A stretch of 64,000 nucleotides of DNA from Candidatus Caldarchaeum sp. (GCA_038896555.1 JAWACZ010000004.1:4792-68791), one strand, 5' to 3'. Positions 44,406 through 54,946 are shown, counted from the first letter of the stretch. Made by a program: numbers and translations. The notes: generated by a model from the sequence alone, not told the origin.

Positions 44406-45337
44406 AACCCAGTTTGAGCGAGGAACTAAAGCTCTTCATAAGCGAGTTTATACCCGAGCATTTTGATAAGCTGGTTGAATCATATTCGAAGCCGCTTCCT
44501 GAGACGTTTAGAGTCAACACTTTGAAGACAACTGTGAGCGAGTGCTTGAGCTTGCTGGCTGAGGACGGAGTGGAAGCTAAACCTGTTCCGTGGACTAAGC
44601 TGGGATTCTACGCCGAGCCACCCGGACGTCTATCAACCTCTCTCTGGCACATGCTCGGACTGGTGTACATCCAAGGCCCCGTGTCAATGCTTGTAGCAGA
44701 CTTGCTTGACGTCAAGCCTGGAGAACGCGTCCTTGACCTCTGCGCAGCCCCCGGAAGCAAATCCACCCAAATAGGACAAAACCTAGCTGGAGAAGGCGTT
44801 CTGGTCGCTAACGATGTTTCGAGAACAAGGATTAAAGCGCTCACCTCAAACCTTCAACGCTGTGGTGTGCTAAATTGCGTCGTCACGTTGGCGGACGGCA
44901 GATACATAGGCTTTAAGATGCAGGAGTATTTTGATAGGGTGCTTGTTGACGCGCCATGCAGCTCGCTGGGAGTGGGTGCAAAAGATTGGAGTGTTTTGAA
45001 GAACTGGAGCAGTAAGCTTTCCGAAAGGATGGGCAAGCTTCAGAAAGCCCTACTGTTTTCAGGGTTTAGAGCCCTTAATCCCGGGGGAGAACTGGTTTAC
45101 GCCACCTGCACTTATCATCCCTTGGAGAACGAAGCTGTGGTTTCATCGCTCTTAGACAAGTTTGAAAACGCGTCCTTGCTAGACATAAAGATTGATGGCA
45201 TAAGGTTTAGCCATGGCGTGGAAAGTTGGAGGGGGCTGAGCTTCAGAGACGAGGTCAAGAAAGCCGTCAGAATATACACATTCCAAAGCGGGGCGGAAGG
45301 TTTTTTCATAGCTAAAGTAATGAAAAAAGCGGACTAA
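44402..45337 (+). CDS. NOL1/NOP2/Sun-family RNA cytosine-C5 methyltransferase
   Basis: SAM motif DLCAAPGSKS, catalytic DAPCS and TC-T motifs; start at ATG 44402. Confidence 0.8.
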   Translation: MKPSLSEELKLFISEFIPEHFDKLVESYSKPLPETFRVNTLKTTVSECLSLLAEDGVEAKPVPWTKLGFYAEPPGRLSTSLWHMLGLVYIQGPVSMLVADLLDVKPGERVLDLCAAPGSKSTQIGQNLAGEGVLVANDVSRTRIKALTSNLQRCGVLNCVVTLADGRYIGFKMQEYFDRVLVDAPCSSLGVGAKDWSVLKNWSSKLSERMGKLQKALLFSGFRALNPGGELVYATCTYHPLENEAVVSSLLDKFENASLLDIKIDGIRFSHGVESWRGLSFRDEVKKAVRIYTFQSGAEGFFIAKVMKKAD

Positions 45338-45338
45338 C

Positions 45339-45794
45339 ATGCTAAAGACATTCGACAACAATAACAGGAGCAGGTTCTTGGAAGATGTATACAGCTCGCT
45401 GAAATGTCGGCTAAACATAAACAACCTGGTGCTTGTCCAAGCGGGCGAAAACAAAATCAGAGTCACGACCAAAGAAACTTATGAAACTGCGTTAAGGATG
45501 CCGGGCGTCCAGAATGTTGGGCTCTACATCGCGAAAAGAAGAAAAGATTTCACAACCTTGACGGTGGAAGGATGCATGTTTCTATCAAAAGTAGACGAAT
45601 CAGTGGTTATGGACCTGAGCAGGGAGCAGGCTCTTATGTGGATGAAAGGAGGGCCGGTGAAAGTCGGTATGAAAGAAAAACTTCTGCTGGGAAGATACAA
45701 ACGCTTCTACCTCGGCTCGGCGGTTGTTGACCGTTTAGGAAACGCGTATCCCCAAATTCCGGTTTGGCGGAGAATCCCGCCGGAAACCATTTAG
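45339..45794 (+). CDS. PUA-like RNA-binding protein (Nip7/UPF0113-like)
   Basis: About 150 aa with a C-terminal PUA-like pattern (MWMKGGPVKVG). Lies directly downstream of the Sun methyltransferase. Confidence 0.45.
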   Translation: MLKTFDNNNRSRFLEDVYSSLKCRLNINNLVLVQAGENKIRVTTKETYETALRMPGVQNVGLYIAKRRKDFTTLTVEGCMFLSKVDESVVMDLSREQALMWMKGGPVKVGMKEKLLLGRYKRFYLGSAVVDRLGNAYPQIPVWRRIPPETI

Positions 45795-48017
45795 TTATTT
45801 GACAGATATCTTAACAGGTAGATATCTGCTCACATGATATACCGCATAGCCTGCCACTCCCTTAACAGTTGAGAACTCGTTGATTTCAGTCTGTAGTTGA
45901 ATGGCGGGGGTCATCCATCCCTCGGCTATGTCCATCACGTTTATCGTAAAGAGCACTCTGGCTCTTTTCGCAGCTGACATCTCCACGACTTTTTCCAGAA
46001 GCCTCTTAAACTCAGCGGTAGTGTAATTTCCTATAGCCGGACCCTTCACCGACCTTAAAAACGGATTGGTTACTAAAACAACGTAGTCGACGTGGTTGAG
46101 CAATTCCTCAGCCGAATTCATGAAAGTGAGCGGATTTTTAAAGCTCATAGGGTCGAACTCTAAGAAAACATTTAGACCATATGGTCTTGATTTAACGATT
46201 AAATTTTTCAAAAGTATGAGAAGGCTGTCTAAAGCAGCGACTCCTCTGTCCCAGCCAACTCCCATGATGTAGACTCCTCCGAAACCCATGGAAACAGCTG
46301 AGTCAACAATTCTCTGAGAGAAATGATCTGCAAAATCCAATTTCTTAGCCGTGGTGCATTGGAAGTTGATGTTGCCGTAGCCGTCTACACATTCTGGAAA
46401 GTTTTCGGTCAAAAAGGATGCGTTGTATCCATGGTAGCCATAGTGTATCGTGGTGTAATACGCTTTCAGGTAAACCCCCAACAAGGGTTTGACGCCAGCC
46501 CTTCTCATCGATTCGGCAAGCTTTCTAAGATCATTCTGCCGCCACTCATCGTTAGTGAGCTTAAACCTGAAACTTTTCGAATAGTCTCCGTCGTAAAGAA
46601 TTCCGTCAGGGCCTATTGGAACAACTATGTGGGTGAGGTTGTATTTGCTTACAAGAAAACCCGAGTCATATTCATCTGATTTGCTGTACAGTGCTTCCAC
46701 ACCTTCCATCACGCCTACCCGGACGCTTGTTCTAGGGACTACGACACCCTGTCCGGCTGGGAAAAGGCCCACCACAAAAGCGAACATCAGGAGTATAGAT
46801 ATGATGGCTATTCTTTGAATGCTCCATAGTGCTTTACCTCCCTCCCTCATAATGTTTAAGAAAAGTGTTATGAACCTAGTGCCTCCGATGAGAGCAGATA
46901 TTATGAGCGCCACGCCTCCGAGGGTTGCAGACTCGACCTCTTTCGAAACAACTATTTTTCCGAGGTTCCGCAGGTCGAAAATGGCCAAAGCAACTTGGGC
47001 CGCGACTATAAACAGCAGCCCTACCACGATGAGCACCAAAACGTTTATTCTGAATTCTCTGTTGTTCTTTCTTAAAGCATGTAGAATCAGGAACGGGAGA
47101 ACCCAGAGAACATATTGAACATTTACCTTCGCTGAAGTAGCTAGGAAGGCGAGCAGAGATGCTTGGGAGAGCTCAGCTAACCCCGCGTTGTTTTTTACCT
47201 GCTTCCTCAAAGCTATGTAGAGCAGAATTATGAAAAGCCCCTGTGACAGCAGCGGAACAGCTGGAGGTGGTGATATTATTGAAAGAACAGTCCAGTAAGT
47301 GAAGCTGCCAACGTTACCGAAATGATAAAGCAGCTTGTCGAAGAGAGGAAAGGGGTTTTGAAGAAAAGACAGCATAGGTAACGCGAACGCTACAACTGTA
47401 CCCAAAACTGTTTTGAAAACCTCGTTCAAGCTCCTTTTTCTGACATACATCAAAAACAAAGCCGTTGGGACGAGGATGAGTAGGGGGTAAATTTTCACCG
47501 CGCCGCCTAGACCTAGAAATACCCCAGCCAGAAAATTCCTTCCTCTGAGAACAGCCAAAACCCCGGCTAGGCAGAACACCACCGCAATAGAGTCGAACAT
47601 GCCCCACACGGCCGATATGGCTATGACGAGAGGGTTGAACAACCATAGGAGAGAAGCCCGTCCAGCATCCTTCAACATGCCAAGCTCGACTGCAAGCTTG
47701 GAGATTAGGACCGCGACTATAATGTCCGCGGCTATCATCGGTGTTTTGATAAGCATGAGTTGGAGGTTGAGGTTGTTCAAGGACGTTGTAAGGTAATGGA
47801 CCAGCCCAACCCAGTAAAGCCATACCGGCGGGTAGGCGTAGAAACCCCAGGGAAAATCGGTTAAGCTTTTGATCTCATACACGTTTACCCCCCTGTAGAA
47901 AAGCTCGCCGCTCTTAAGCCAGACGTAAACATCCCACGAATGGCCGAAGAACGGGGCTAAAGCTAGGCGAACAGCAGCCGCAGACAAGAAGACTGCGGCT
48001 GTTTTAGCCGAGGGCAT
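45795..48017 (-). CDS. polytopic membrane protein, GT-C-like glycosyltransferase N-terminal module (DUF2029-like) fused to a ~350-aa extracytoplasmic C-terminal domain
   Basis: About 11 TM helices with a GT-C-like first loop (HSWDVYVW...YPPVWLYW), then a soluble TIM-barrel-like domain that may be glycoside-hydrolase-like. Confidence 0.45.
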   Translation of the reverse strand: MPSAKTAAVFLSAAAVRLALAPFFGHSWDVYVWLKSGELFYRGVNVYEIKSLTDFPWGFYAYPPVWLYWVGLVHYLTTSLNNLNLQLMLIKTPMIAADIIVAVLISKLAVELGMLKDAGRASLLWLFNPLVIAISAVWGMFDSIAVVFCLAGVLAVLRGRNFLAGVFLGLGGAVKIYPLLILVPTALFLMYVRKRSLNEVFKTVLGTVVAFALPMLSFLQNPFPLFDKLLYHFGNVGSFTYWTVLSIISPPPAVPLLSQGLFIILLYIALRKQVKNNAGLAELSQASLLAFLATSAKVNVQYVLWVLPFLILHALRKNNREFRINVLVLIVVGLLFIVAAQVALAIFDLRNLGKIVVSKEVESATLGGVALIISALIGGTRFITLFLNIMREGGKALWSIQRIAIISILLMFAFVVGLFPAGQGVVVPRTSVRVGVMEGVEALYSKSDEYDSGFLVSKYNLTHIVVPIGPDGILYDGDYSKSFRFKLTNDEWRQNDLRKLAESMRRAGVKPLLGVYLKAYYTTIHYGYHGYNASFLTENFPECVDGYGNINFQCTTAKKLDFADHFSQRIVDSAVSMGFGGVYIMGVGWDRGVAALDSLLILLKNLIVKSRPYGLNVFLEFDPMSFKNPLTFMNSAEELLNHVDYVVLVTNPFLRSVKGPAIGNYTTAEFKRLLEKVVEMSAAKRARVLFTINVMDIAEGWMTPAIQLQTEINEFSTVKGVAGYAVYHVSRYLPVKISVK

Positions 48018-48071
48018 ACCTAGATGGTGCAGCCATAAACCCTATTTAAGTGATATTGCGTAGAACAGCGC

Positions 48072-48956
48072 ATGAGGCTGGAAGAAGACATGCGGTTTAG
48101 CCTTCGTCAAAGAGAGACATTCATCGGCGTTGACGGCGATCTTACCGATGCAAAATACTTCATCTTCGGCGTGCCATATGATTTGACAAGCTCTTTCAGA
48201 CCAGGCTCTCGGTACGGTCCCGAAGCCGTGAGAAAATTCAGCGCTAACATCGAGTCTAACAGCTACAGGGTGGCGTATGACGCGGCCGCCGCGAAGATTT
48301 TCGATGGAGGAGACATAGTCTTTAGCTACAAGCTGTCGACGATGCTGAAACGTGTTTTCAGGGTTGTCAAAAACGTGTCTCAGTCAGGCAAGATCCCCGT
48401 CATGGTGGGCGGCGAGCATACGTTCACATATGCGGCGTTCCTAGCCGTTTCACAGAAGGCATCAGCGCTTATAGTCATAGATGCCCACTTCGACCTGAGA
48501 GACGAATACTGCGGGCTTAGGCTTAACCATGCAACCTACTTAAGACGTCTAGTTGAGAAAAAGCTCGACAAAAAAGTTGTGGTCTTAGGTGTCAGGGCAT
48601 ACGACTTTAGCGAGATGAAATTCGCCCAAGAGAAAAACATAATCTTCATCAGGTCTTCTGAGCTTAAGGATGTTTCTAGAACCATTAGGATACTGAAGGA
48701 AGTTACGGACAACAGGCCTTTCTACGTCTCCGTAGACCTAGATGTCTTAGACCCATGCTACGCTCCCGGTGTCGGTAACCCAGAGCCTGGCGGGATAACC
48801 CCTGAACAGCTATTCGACCTGATCCACTTTTTCGGGAAACATGGTCCTTTGGCCTTCGACCTGATGGAAGTAAACCCGCTCTACGACAACGGCTCTACAG
48901 TGGCGGTTGCTTCCAAGCTGTTGATAGAGTTTCTGGCTTCCACGGCGGAAAGCTAA
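48072..48956 (+). CDS. speB: agmatinase (arginase family)
   Basis: Mn-binding motifs GGEHT, DAHFD, SVDLDVLDP. Confidence 0.9.
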   Translation: MRLEEDMRFSLRQRETFIGVDGDLTDAKYFIFGVPYDLTSSFRPGSRYGPEAVRKFSANIESNSYRVAYDAAAAKIFDGGDIVFSYKLSTMLKRVFRVVKNVSQSGKIPVMVGGEHTFTYAAFLAVSQKASALIVIDAHFDLRDEYCGLRLNHATYLRRLVEKKLDKKVVVLGVRAYDFSEMKFAQEKNIIFIRSSELKDVSRTIRILKEVTDNRPFYVSVDLDVLDPCYAPGVGNPEPGGITPEQLFDLIHFFGKHGPLAFDLMEVNPLYDNGSTVAVASKLLIEFLASTAES

Positions 48957-48974
48957 AAAGCCATCGTTGACTGG

Positions 48975-51458
48975 ATGTTTCGGAAGATGTCTAAGTGTTT
49001 CCTCTTAGGCGTTGGGTATGATGGGCAGGAGAGGAAGGCTTACCTCAAGCTGCTTGACCTCGAAACCAAGAGAGTCACAATCTACATGGATACTACAGGC
49101 CATAAACCATACTGCTTGAGCGACAGACCTGCGGCCGAGCTGGCTAACGACCCAAGGCTTAAAGAGGCTGGGGCGGTAGAGTTCGTCGAGGTTGAGAAAT
49201 ACGACAGCATCAACGACCGAAACATAACCATGACTTTGATAAAGGCTACAGACCCGCTCGCAGTAGGTGGAACAAAAAAGTCGATACGAGAGATTGTGAA
49301 AAGCTGGGAAGCCGACATACCCTACCATCTAAACTACATCTATGATAACAAGCTCGTTCCAAGCCTAGTTTACACGTTTGAAAACGGTAAATTCACACCC
49401 CTTCTGGGTGAAGAGGAGAAAGTCCAGCAAATCCTTGAGAAGTTTTTCAAGGATCTTTCCGACAACGAGAAGAGGCAGATAAAAAAATGGCTTGAAATTC
49501 TCGAGTCGGAGCATCCTCCCATCGATTTCACCGCTTTAGACATTGAGATTCTAGGCGAGTCGCCCACCCGTGTGCCATCCCCCTCCAACCCGGAGGACAG
49601 AGTTGTAGCAGTATCCTTCTCTGGAACAAAGAACATGAACAAAGTGCTAGTGTTAAAGAGAGATAATATTGACATGAACTTTGAGGGCGGCGAGTTCGCT
49701 TTGGAAGTATTTGACGATGAGGAAGCGCTGCTGTTAAGATGTTTCGAGATAATGGAAGACTATCCGATTGTTGTGTCATTCAACGGTGACGAATTCGACC
49801 TACCCTACCTCAAAAACAGGGCCGAAAAGCTCAACATCCCAAGGAACAAAATACCGATAAACATTGGAAGGGATGGTGCAACCCTTAGAAAGGGAGTGCA
49901 TCTCGACCTTTACCGTTTTTTCAACAACAAGTCGGTGCAGGTCTACGCCTTCGACAACCGCTACCGGGAATACACGCTTGACGGCGTGGCTAAAGCTTTG
50001 CTCGGGGTTGGGAAGGTTCATGTTGAGAAACCTTTGGGCGAGCTCAGCCTTCAAGAGCTGGCGAGCTACAGCTACAGAGACTCAAGGCTTTTGAGAGACA
50101 TGGTTGAGGTTGGTGACCGCCTTCTTCTGAGGCTGATGGCAGTTATCTCACGCATAAGCAGAATGTCTTTGGAAGACGTTTGTAGACACGGCGTAAGCGG
50201 ATGGATCAAAAACCTTCTGTACTGGGAGCTCCGGGGGCTGAACTGGTTGATACCCTTGAAAGAAGACCTAATATCAGCCAAGGGAGAAACCAGTACAAAA
50301 GCCATCATAGAAGGGAAAAAATACAGGGGTGGGCTGGTCGTCGAACCAGTTCCCGGCGTTCATTTCAACGTAACAGTGTTGGATTTCGCCTCACTGTATC
50401 CAAGCATTCTCAAGGAATACAACCTGAGCTTCGAAACAATCAACTGCCCCCATCAAGAGTGCAGAAGCAACAAAATCCCTGAGACAACCCACTGGGTTTG
50501 CTCGAATAGACAAGGGCTCCAAAGCAGCATAATAGGCGCGATAAGAGACATTCGGGTTAAATGGTATAAGCCGATGGTGTCCGACAAATCGTTAACAGCT
50601 GTTCAGAGAAGCTGGTACGAGGTTGTTCAAAGGGCTTTAAAGGTATTCCTTAACGCAAGCTACGGCGTCCTAGGTTTTGAGGAGTTTCCTCTATACTGCC
50701 CGCCTCTTGCCGAAAGCACTACGGCCATAGGTCGGTATGTTTTTCAGTCGGCTATCGAGAAAGCCAGGTCGCTTAACATACTCGTCGTGTACGGTGACAC
50801 GGACTCTATCTTCCTTAAGACAACAGACCCTGCTCAGGTAAATGAGCTGATCAGATGGGCTGGGGAAAAGTTCAGGCTGGAGCTTGAGTTTGACAAAGTC
50901 TATAGATATGTGGTTTTCAGCCGGAGGAAAAAGAACTACTTAGGCGTTACCGACAGAGGAATCGTAGATGTTAAGGGGCTGACGGGCAAGAAGAGAAACA
51001 TCCCCGTATTCATCAAGGAAGCCTTCGACGACATGCTGAGGCAGCTGGCGGAGGTAAAGACGGCCGAAGACCTCGAGAGGGTCAAGAAAAACATACGGGA
51101 GGTAATAGCGGCTTGGTATTCGAAGCTCAAGAACCGAACCTTCGAGATCGACCAGCTTGCGTTCAGGGTCATGATGTCCAAGACGATTGAGAGATATGAG
51201 AAGACAACTCCGCAGCATGTTAAGGCGGCTAAGAAGCTTCAGGCTATGGGGGTTAAAGTCGGGCCAGGCGACATCATAAGCTTCGTGAAGACGAAGGATA
51301 AGGAGGGGGTGACGCCGCTTCAGCTCGCCAGGAAGGAAGCCGTTGACGTGGACAAGTACATAGAATACATGCGTTCGACGTTTGAGCAGGTTCTCGACCC
51401 GCTGGAGATAGATTTCGACAGCGTCGTCGGCCTCACGAGCCTCGAAAGCTTTATGTAG
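48975..51458 (+). CDS. polB: family-B DNA polymerase (intact exonuclease and polymerase motifs)
   Basis: Exo I LDIEI, Exo II FNGDEFDLPYL, motif A DFASLYPSIL, motif B K..LNASYGVLG, motif C VVYGDTDSIFL; 827 aa. Confidence 0.95.
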   Translation: MFRKMSKCFLLGVGYDGQERKAYLKLLDLETKRVTIYMDTTGHKPYCLSDRPAAELANDPRLKEAGAVEFVEVEKYDSINDRNITMTLIKATDPLAVGGTKKSIREIVKSWEADIPYHLNYIYDNKLVPSLVYTFENGKFTPLLGEEEKVQQILEKFFKDLSDNEKRQIKKWLEILESEHPPIDFTALDIEILGESPTRVPSPSNPEDRVVAVSFSGTKNMNKVLVLKRDNIDMNFEGGEFALEVFDDEEALLLRCFEIMEDYPIVVSFNGDEFDLPYLKNRAEKLNIPRNKIPINIGRDGATLRKGVHLDLYRFFNNKSVQVYAFDNRYREYTLDGVAKALLGVGKVHVEKPLGELSLQELASYSYRDSRLLRDMVEVGDRLLLRLMAVISRISRMSLEDVCRHGVSGWIKNLLYWELRGLNWLIPLKEDLISAKGETSTKAIIEGKKYRGGLVVEPVPGVHFNVTVLDFASLYPSILKEYNLSFETINCPHQECRSNKIPETTHWVCSNRQGLQSSIIGAIRDIRVKWYKPMVSDKSLTAVQRSWYEVVQRALKVFLNASYGVLGFEEFPLYCPPLAESTTAIGRYVFQSAIEKARSLNILVVYGDTDSIFLKTTDPAQVNELIRWAGEKFRLELEFDKVYRYVVFSRRKKNYLGVTDRGIVDVKGLTGKKRNIPVFIKEAFDDMLRQLAEVKTAEDLERVKKNIREVIAAWYSKLKNRTFEIDQLAFRVMMSKTIERYEKTTPQHVKAAKKLQAMGVKVGPGDIISFVKTKDKEGVTPLQLARKEAVDVDKYIEYMRSTFEQVLDPLEIDFDSVVGLTSLESFM

Positions 51459-51459
51459 G

Positions 51460-52695
51460 CTATCGGTCTGCTTCGACGGGCCAGTAGTTGAGCGACCAGT
51501 AGATTGGCGGGATGTTGGCTATCTGCTCCCCTTTCAACAGATGTTTCATCACAGGTAGAAGTCTGAAGGAGGGCGGGCTTATCTTAACCCTGTATGGCTT
51601 GTCTCCACCTTCGCTTCTGATGTAGTACATCATCTCGCCGCGGGCTGCTTCAGTTCTGGCAACAGCCTCACCCGCTGGGACGCGTATGTTTATCGGATGC
51701 TGCTTGACCTTGACAGGCCCTTCAGGCATCATCTCGACGGCTTGGCTTATTATCTTCACGCTTTCACGCATCTCCCTGAACCCGACCACCGCCCTGTCGT
51801 AGCAATCTCCCCTTGATCCCACTGGGATGTCGAACTTGAGCTGGAAGTAGGCGTCGTAAGGGTTGTTTACTCTGTTGTCGTATTTTATGCCTGAAGCCCT
51901 GAGTGTTGTGCCTACAGCTCCAAGCCTTACAGCGTCCTCCTGTGTTAACACGCCGACGTCCTTCGTCCTGCTTATGAAAAGCTCGTTGTTGAAGAACATG
52001 TCCCAGTAGTCGTCAAGCCTTCCGTCAAAGAACTCACACACGGCCAGCGTGTATTTTTTGAAGTCTGTATTGTCTAACGGAAGCTCTTTACCCGTAACCA
52101 TTCTGTAGTAGCGTGAAAACTCTTTCACCAGCTCCCTCGGCACATTCTTTGGAATGTCATTCCTAACTCCTCCTGGCTCGAAGTATGCGTGTGTGATACG
52201 CTGCCCCCCTATCAGGGATGTCAAGTCAACCAAGTATTCCCGGTCTCCGAAGCACCAGAGGAACATGGTTGTATGTCCGAGGAAGACGCCGTAGAGGGCG
52301 AACCAGTAAAGATGGCTTGCAATCCTCTGAAGCTCAGCCATGAGTACCCTAAGGTATTTGGCCCTCTCAGGCGGCTCCACGCCCATCAGCTTTTCAACAG
52401 CCAGAACGTATGGATACTGTATCCCAGCAGAGTCCAGTATGACCGGCCTCTCCAAGTGGGGTATGTTTGTTATCCATGTTTTGTATTCCGCAAGCTTTTC
52501 TTCGCCTCTATGGACGAAGCCAGGGTCAGGGTCTGCTTCGACAACTGTGTCGCCTGAAACGGTGACGATGAGCCTGAAGTGGCCCGTTCCTGGATGCTGA
52601 GGGCCGTAGCTAACCTTTAAAACGGCTTCCCCAACATCATAAAACTCCATTTGCCTGACTTCCTCTTTCTTCTCCGTCACAGTCAACGCAATCAC
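51460..52695 (-). CDS. nuoD: NADH-quinone oxidoreductase subunit D (49-kDa; NiFe-hydrogenase large-subunit-like)
   Basis: NuoD-like sequence over its full length (about 410 aa). Confidence 0.9.
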   Translation of the reverse strand: MIALTVTEKKEEVRQMEFYDVGEAVLKVSYGPQHPGTGHFRLIVTVSGDTVVEADPDPGFVHRGEEKLAEYKTWITNIPHLERPVILDSAGIQYPYVLAVEKLMGVEPPERAKYLRVLMAELQRIASHLYWFALYGVFLGHTTMFLWCFGDREYLVDLTSLIGGQRITHAYFEPGGVRNDIPKNVPRELVKEFSRYYRMVTGKELPLDNTDFKKYTLAVCEFFDGRLDDYWDMFFNNELFISRTKDVGVLTQEDAVRLGAVGTTLRASGIKYDNRVNNPYDAYFQLKFDIPVGSRGDCYDRAVVGFREMRESVKIISQAVEMMPEGPVKVKQHPINIRVPAGEAVARTEAARGEMMYYIRSEGGDKPYRVKISPPSFRLLPVMKHLLKGEQIANIPPIYWSLNYWPVEADR

Positions 52696-53180
52696 CTGCC
52701 TGGGGGTTCGTACTCCTTAAGCATGGGTGGAATATCACTCCAGTATTCAGGGAGGAGAAGCCTCTTGAGGTCGGGATGGCCTTCGAAAAACACTCCAAAC
52801 ATCTCGTAAACCTCTCTTTCATGGTATTCGCAGCTCGGCCATATATCCGTCAAAGAGGGCATGCGTGGGTTGGTTTTGTCGAGCTTTACCGAAAGAGCCA
52901 AATCGGCTCTGAAAAGCTCCTGCCTACTGTAGGAACCCAAGTGATAAATTACTTCTATCTTGTTTTCCTTCTTGAGAATCCTGCTTAAGTCAACAGCCGT
53001 GACTGCCTTCACGTGGTCGAATCCATGATTGTCCCGTAAGTAGGCAGCAGCTTTCTTCAGAACGTCAACTTCTACAACCATCTTAACCAATTTTTTCTCG
53101 TCAACGACCTTCTCCAAGGCTTTCCCGAACCTGTTTTCAACCGATTCCAAAACAGCTTGGTGGGGAGATGCTGACATCAA
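52692..53180 (-). CDS. nuoC: NADH-quinone oxidoreductase subunit C (30-kDa)
   Basis: NuoC pattern; 4-nt overlap with nuoD and nuoB. Confidence 0.85.
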   Translation of the reverse strand: MMSASPHQAVLESVENRFGKALEKVVDEKKLVKMVVEVDVLKKAAAYLRDNHGFDHVKAVTAVDLSRILKKENKIEVIYHLGSYSRQELFRADLALSVKLDKTNPRMPSLTDIWPSCEYHEREVYEMFGVFFEGHPDLKRLLLPEYWSDIPPMLKEYEPPGR

Positions 53181-53833
53181 ACCGCCCTCCCGTAAAGGAT
53201 TTTCTCGCGGAGAAGCAGGATAGCTTGGAAAAGTGTTTCAGGCCGCGGCGGGCAGCCGGGAACGTAGACATCCACGGGGAGGATGTCGTCTATGCCCTGG
53301 ATCACGTTGTAGGAGTCTTTCGCGTACAGTCCTCCGCTTATAGCGCAGGCGCCCATCGCTATGACCCATTTTGGGTCAGGCATTTGGTCGTAGATTAGCC
53401 TCAGCCGCATGGCCATTTTAGCTGAAACTGTTCCTTCAACAACCAAAACGTCGGACTGTCGCAGGCTTCCCGTCGCCGGCAGCCATCCAAACCTCTCCGG
53501 GTCGTATCGGGGAGAGTGTGTTGCAGCAAACTCCACAGAACAGCATGCGGTCGTTATATGGGCTGGAAAAAGAGAGGCCATCCTACCCCAGTTGAGGAGG
53601 TACCGGACCAGCCTAAAGTTCCGGAACCTATACAGGAAATAGTCAACTCCACGAGGGCCTTCTACTTTATGGACTTTCTCAACTCCGTATCTTGCGATTG
53701 TTACATCCACTTTTTTGGCAGGCACCTCAGTCTCCTCAACCATTTCCAAAATCGAATTTGAGTCGGCGTACCTATACCCGAATATTCCCGTCTTATAGTA
53801 TCCTGGGAGGACAGACCTAACAGGGGTCCACAT
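53177..53833 (-). CDS. nuoB: NADH-quinone oxidoreductase subunit B (20-kDa, N2 cluster)
   Basis: Cys ligands CCSVEF...GACA..GG...C.PGCPP. Confidence 0.9.
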   Translation of the reverse strand: MWTPVRSVLPGYYKTGIFGYRYADSNSILEMVEETEVPAKKVDVTIARYGVEKVHKVEGPRGVDYFLYRFRNFRLVRYLLNWGRMASLFPAHITTACCSVEFAATHSPRYDPERFGWLPATGSLRQSDVLVVEGTVSAKMAMRLRLIYDQMPDPKWVIAMGACAISGGLYAKDSYNVIQGIDDILPVDVYVPGCPPRPETLFQAILLLREKILYGRAV

Positions 53834-53877
53834 GACTTAGCCAATCAACAGGTTGCTGATTTTTATAGATATAGAAT

Positions 53878-54555
53878 TCAGCCGTAATAGTACCATTCTG
53901 GTCTCCAGCGTCTACGCAGCGGCAGCGAGAAGAGAAGGCCTGCTATGAAACCCCCAACGTGGGCGGTGTAGGCTATTGTGCTGAAAGGGGTGGTGAGCAT
54001 GAAGACAGTCTGAATCAGAATAAACCCTAGGATAACAACGTAAGCGGGAGCAACCATCGGTATGAACCACATGAAGGCGTAAAGACGCCTATGCGGGAAA
54101 AAGACCAGGTAACTGCCCATGATTCCGAATATAGCTCCCGAGGCTCCTATGGAAGGAGTTAAACATGCTGACGGTATAGGTCTCATGAACAGGGAACACT
54201 CAAGCGACAGAAACCAGGCAAAGTAAAAGATGTGGAAGAGTGCGGCTGCAACCCCGCTCAACAGATATACAGCTAAAAACTTTCCCGACCCGACATCGTT
54301 TTCCACATCCCTGCCGAATAGGAAAAGGCTGTACATGTTGAGAAGTATGTGGATCAGGTCAACGTGTACAAACATGTAGGTGACAAGCGAGAAGAAGTTT
54401 TGGCCGTTCAGTATGAATATGGGAATAGCTCCAAATGTTAAAAGGAAGGCTGAGAGCAGCGTCTCGCTTCTGAACACAAGGTTTACCATAAGCCAGACGG
54501 CGAAGTTTACGGCGATCAAGCCATAAGTGACTGTCGGCCTTCTCCCATACATCAA
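53878..54555 (-). CDS. rhomboid-family intramembrane serine protease
   Basis: Catalytic GASGAIFG (Ser) and AHVGGFIAG (His) in TM helices. Confidence 0.8.
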   Translation of the reverse strand: MMYGRRPTVTYGLIAVNFAVWLMVNLVFRSETLLSAFLLTFGAIPIFILNGQNFFSLVTYMFVHVDLIHILLNMYSLFLFGRDVENDVGSGKFLAVYLLSGVAAALFHIFYFAWFLSLECSLFMRPIPSACLTPSIGASGAIFGIMGSYLVFFPHRRLYAFMWFIPMVAPAYVVILGFILIQTVFMLTTPFSTIAYTAHVGGFIAGLLFSLPLRRRWRPEWYYYG

Positions 54556-54583
54556 ACTAATTCCTCACGGCTTTCTCATAAGT

Positions 54584-54946
54584 TTAGAGTAACGGCAAGC
54601 TTCCCGTTATCCTGTCAACCTCTTCCTCAGGAGCTGGACCTATGCCGAGGGCGGTAGCCGTGCCCGGAGGGAGCTCAGTTAAGCCAGCGTCCTCAACAAC
54701 TTCATGCGGAAGACCCCTGAAGGCACAGAGTTCTGCAAGCCTTCTCAACTCCTGTTCAGAGACGACTTTAAGAACCACTTTTTTCTGGCCAGACGCAAAC
54801 CATTCCTCAACCCAGTCGGGATTATTTTTCCTAGCGTTCTCTAATGCAAGCACGGCTGCATGGGATGCTTGAGCGGCCGTCTTGCCAACGCTCATCCTGA
54901 GGTCTGAGCGAATAACGATGACTTGTTTATATTTGCGCATCGACAT
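54584..54946 (-). CDS. pth2: peptidyl-tRNA hydrolase, archaeal type (Pth2)
   Basis: QVIVIRSDL..GKTAAQASHAAV Pth2 signature; about 118 aa. Confidence 0.85.
   Translation of the reverse strand: MSMRKYKQVIVIRSDLRMSVGKTAAQASHAAVLALENARKNNPDWVEEWFASGQKKVVLKVVSEQELRRLAELCAFRGLPHEVVEDAGLTELPPGTATALGIGPAPEEEVDRITGSLPLL

Noticed and set aside
37376-45800. Possible genomic island integrated at tRNA-Ile
   Set aside because: The genes downstream of the tRNA include clear housekeeping functions (Ogg, Sun methyltransferase, Nip7-like, HerA/NurA). There is no integrase, no transposase and no direct repeat of the tRNA 3' end. The tRNA 5' fragment found elsewhere is reported separately.
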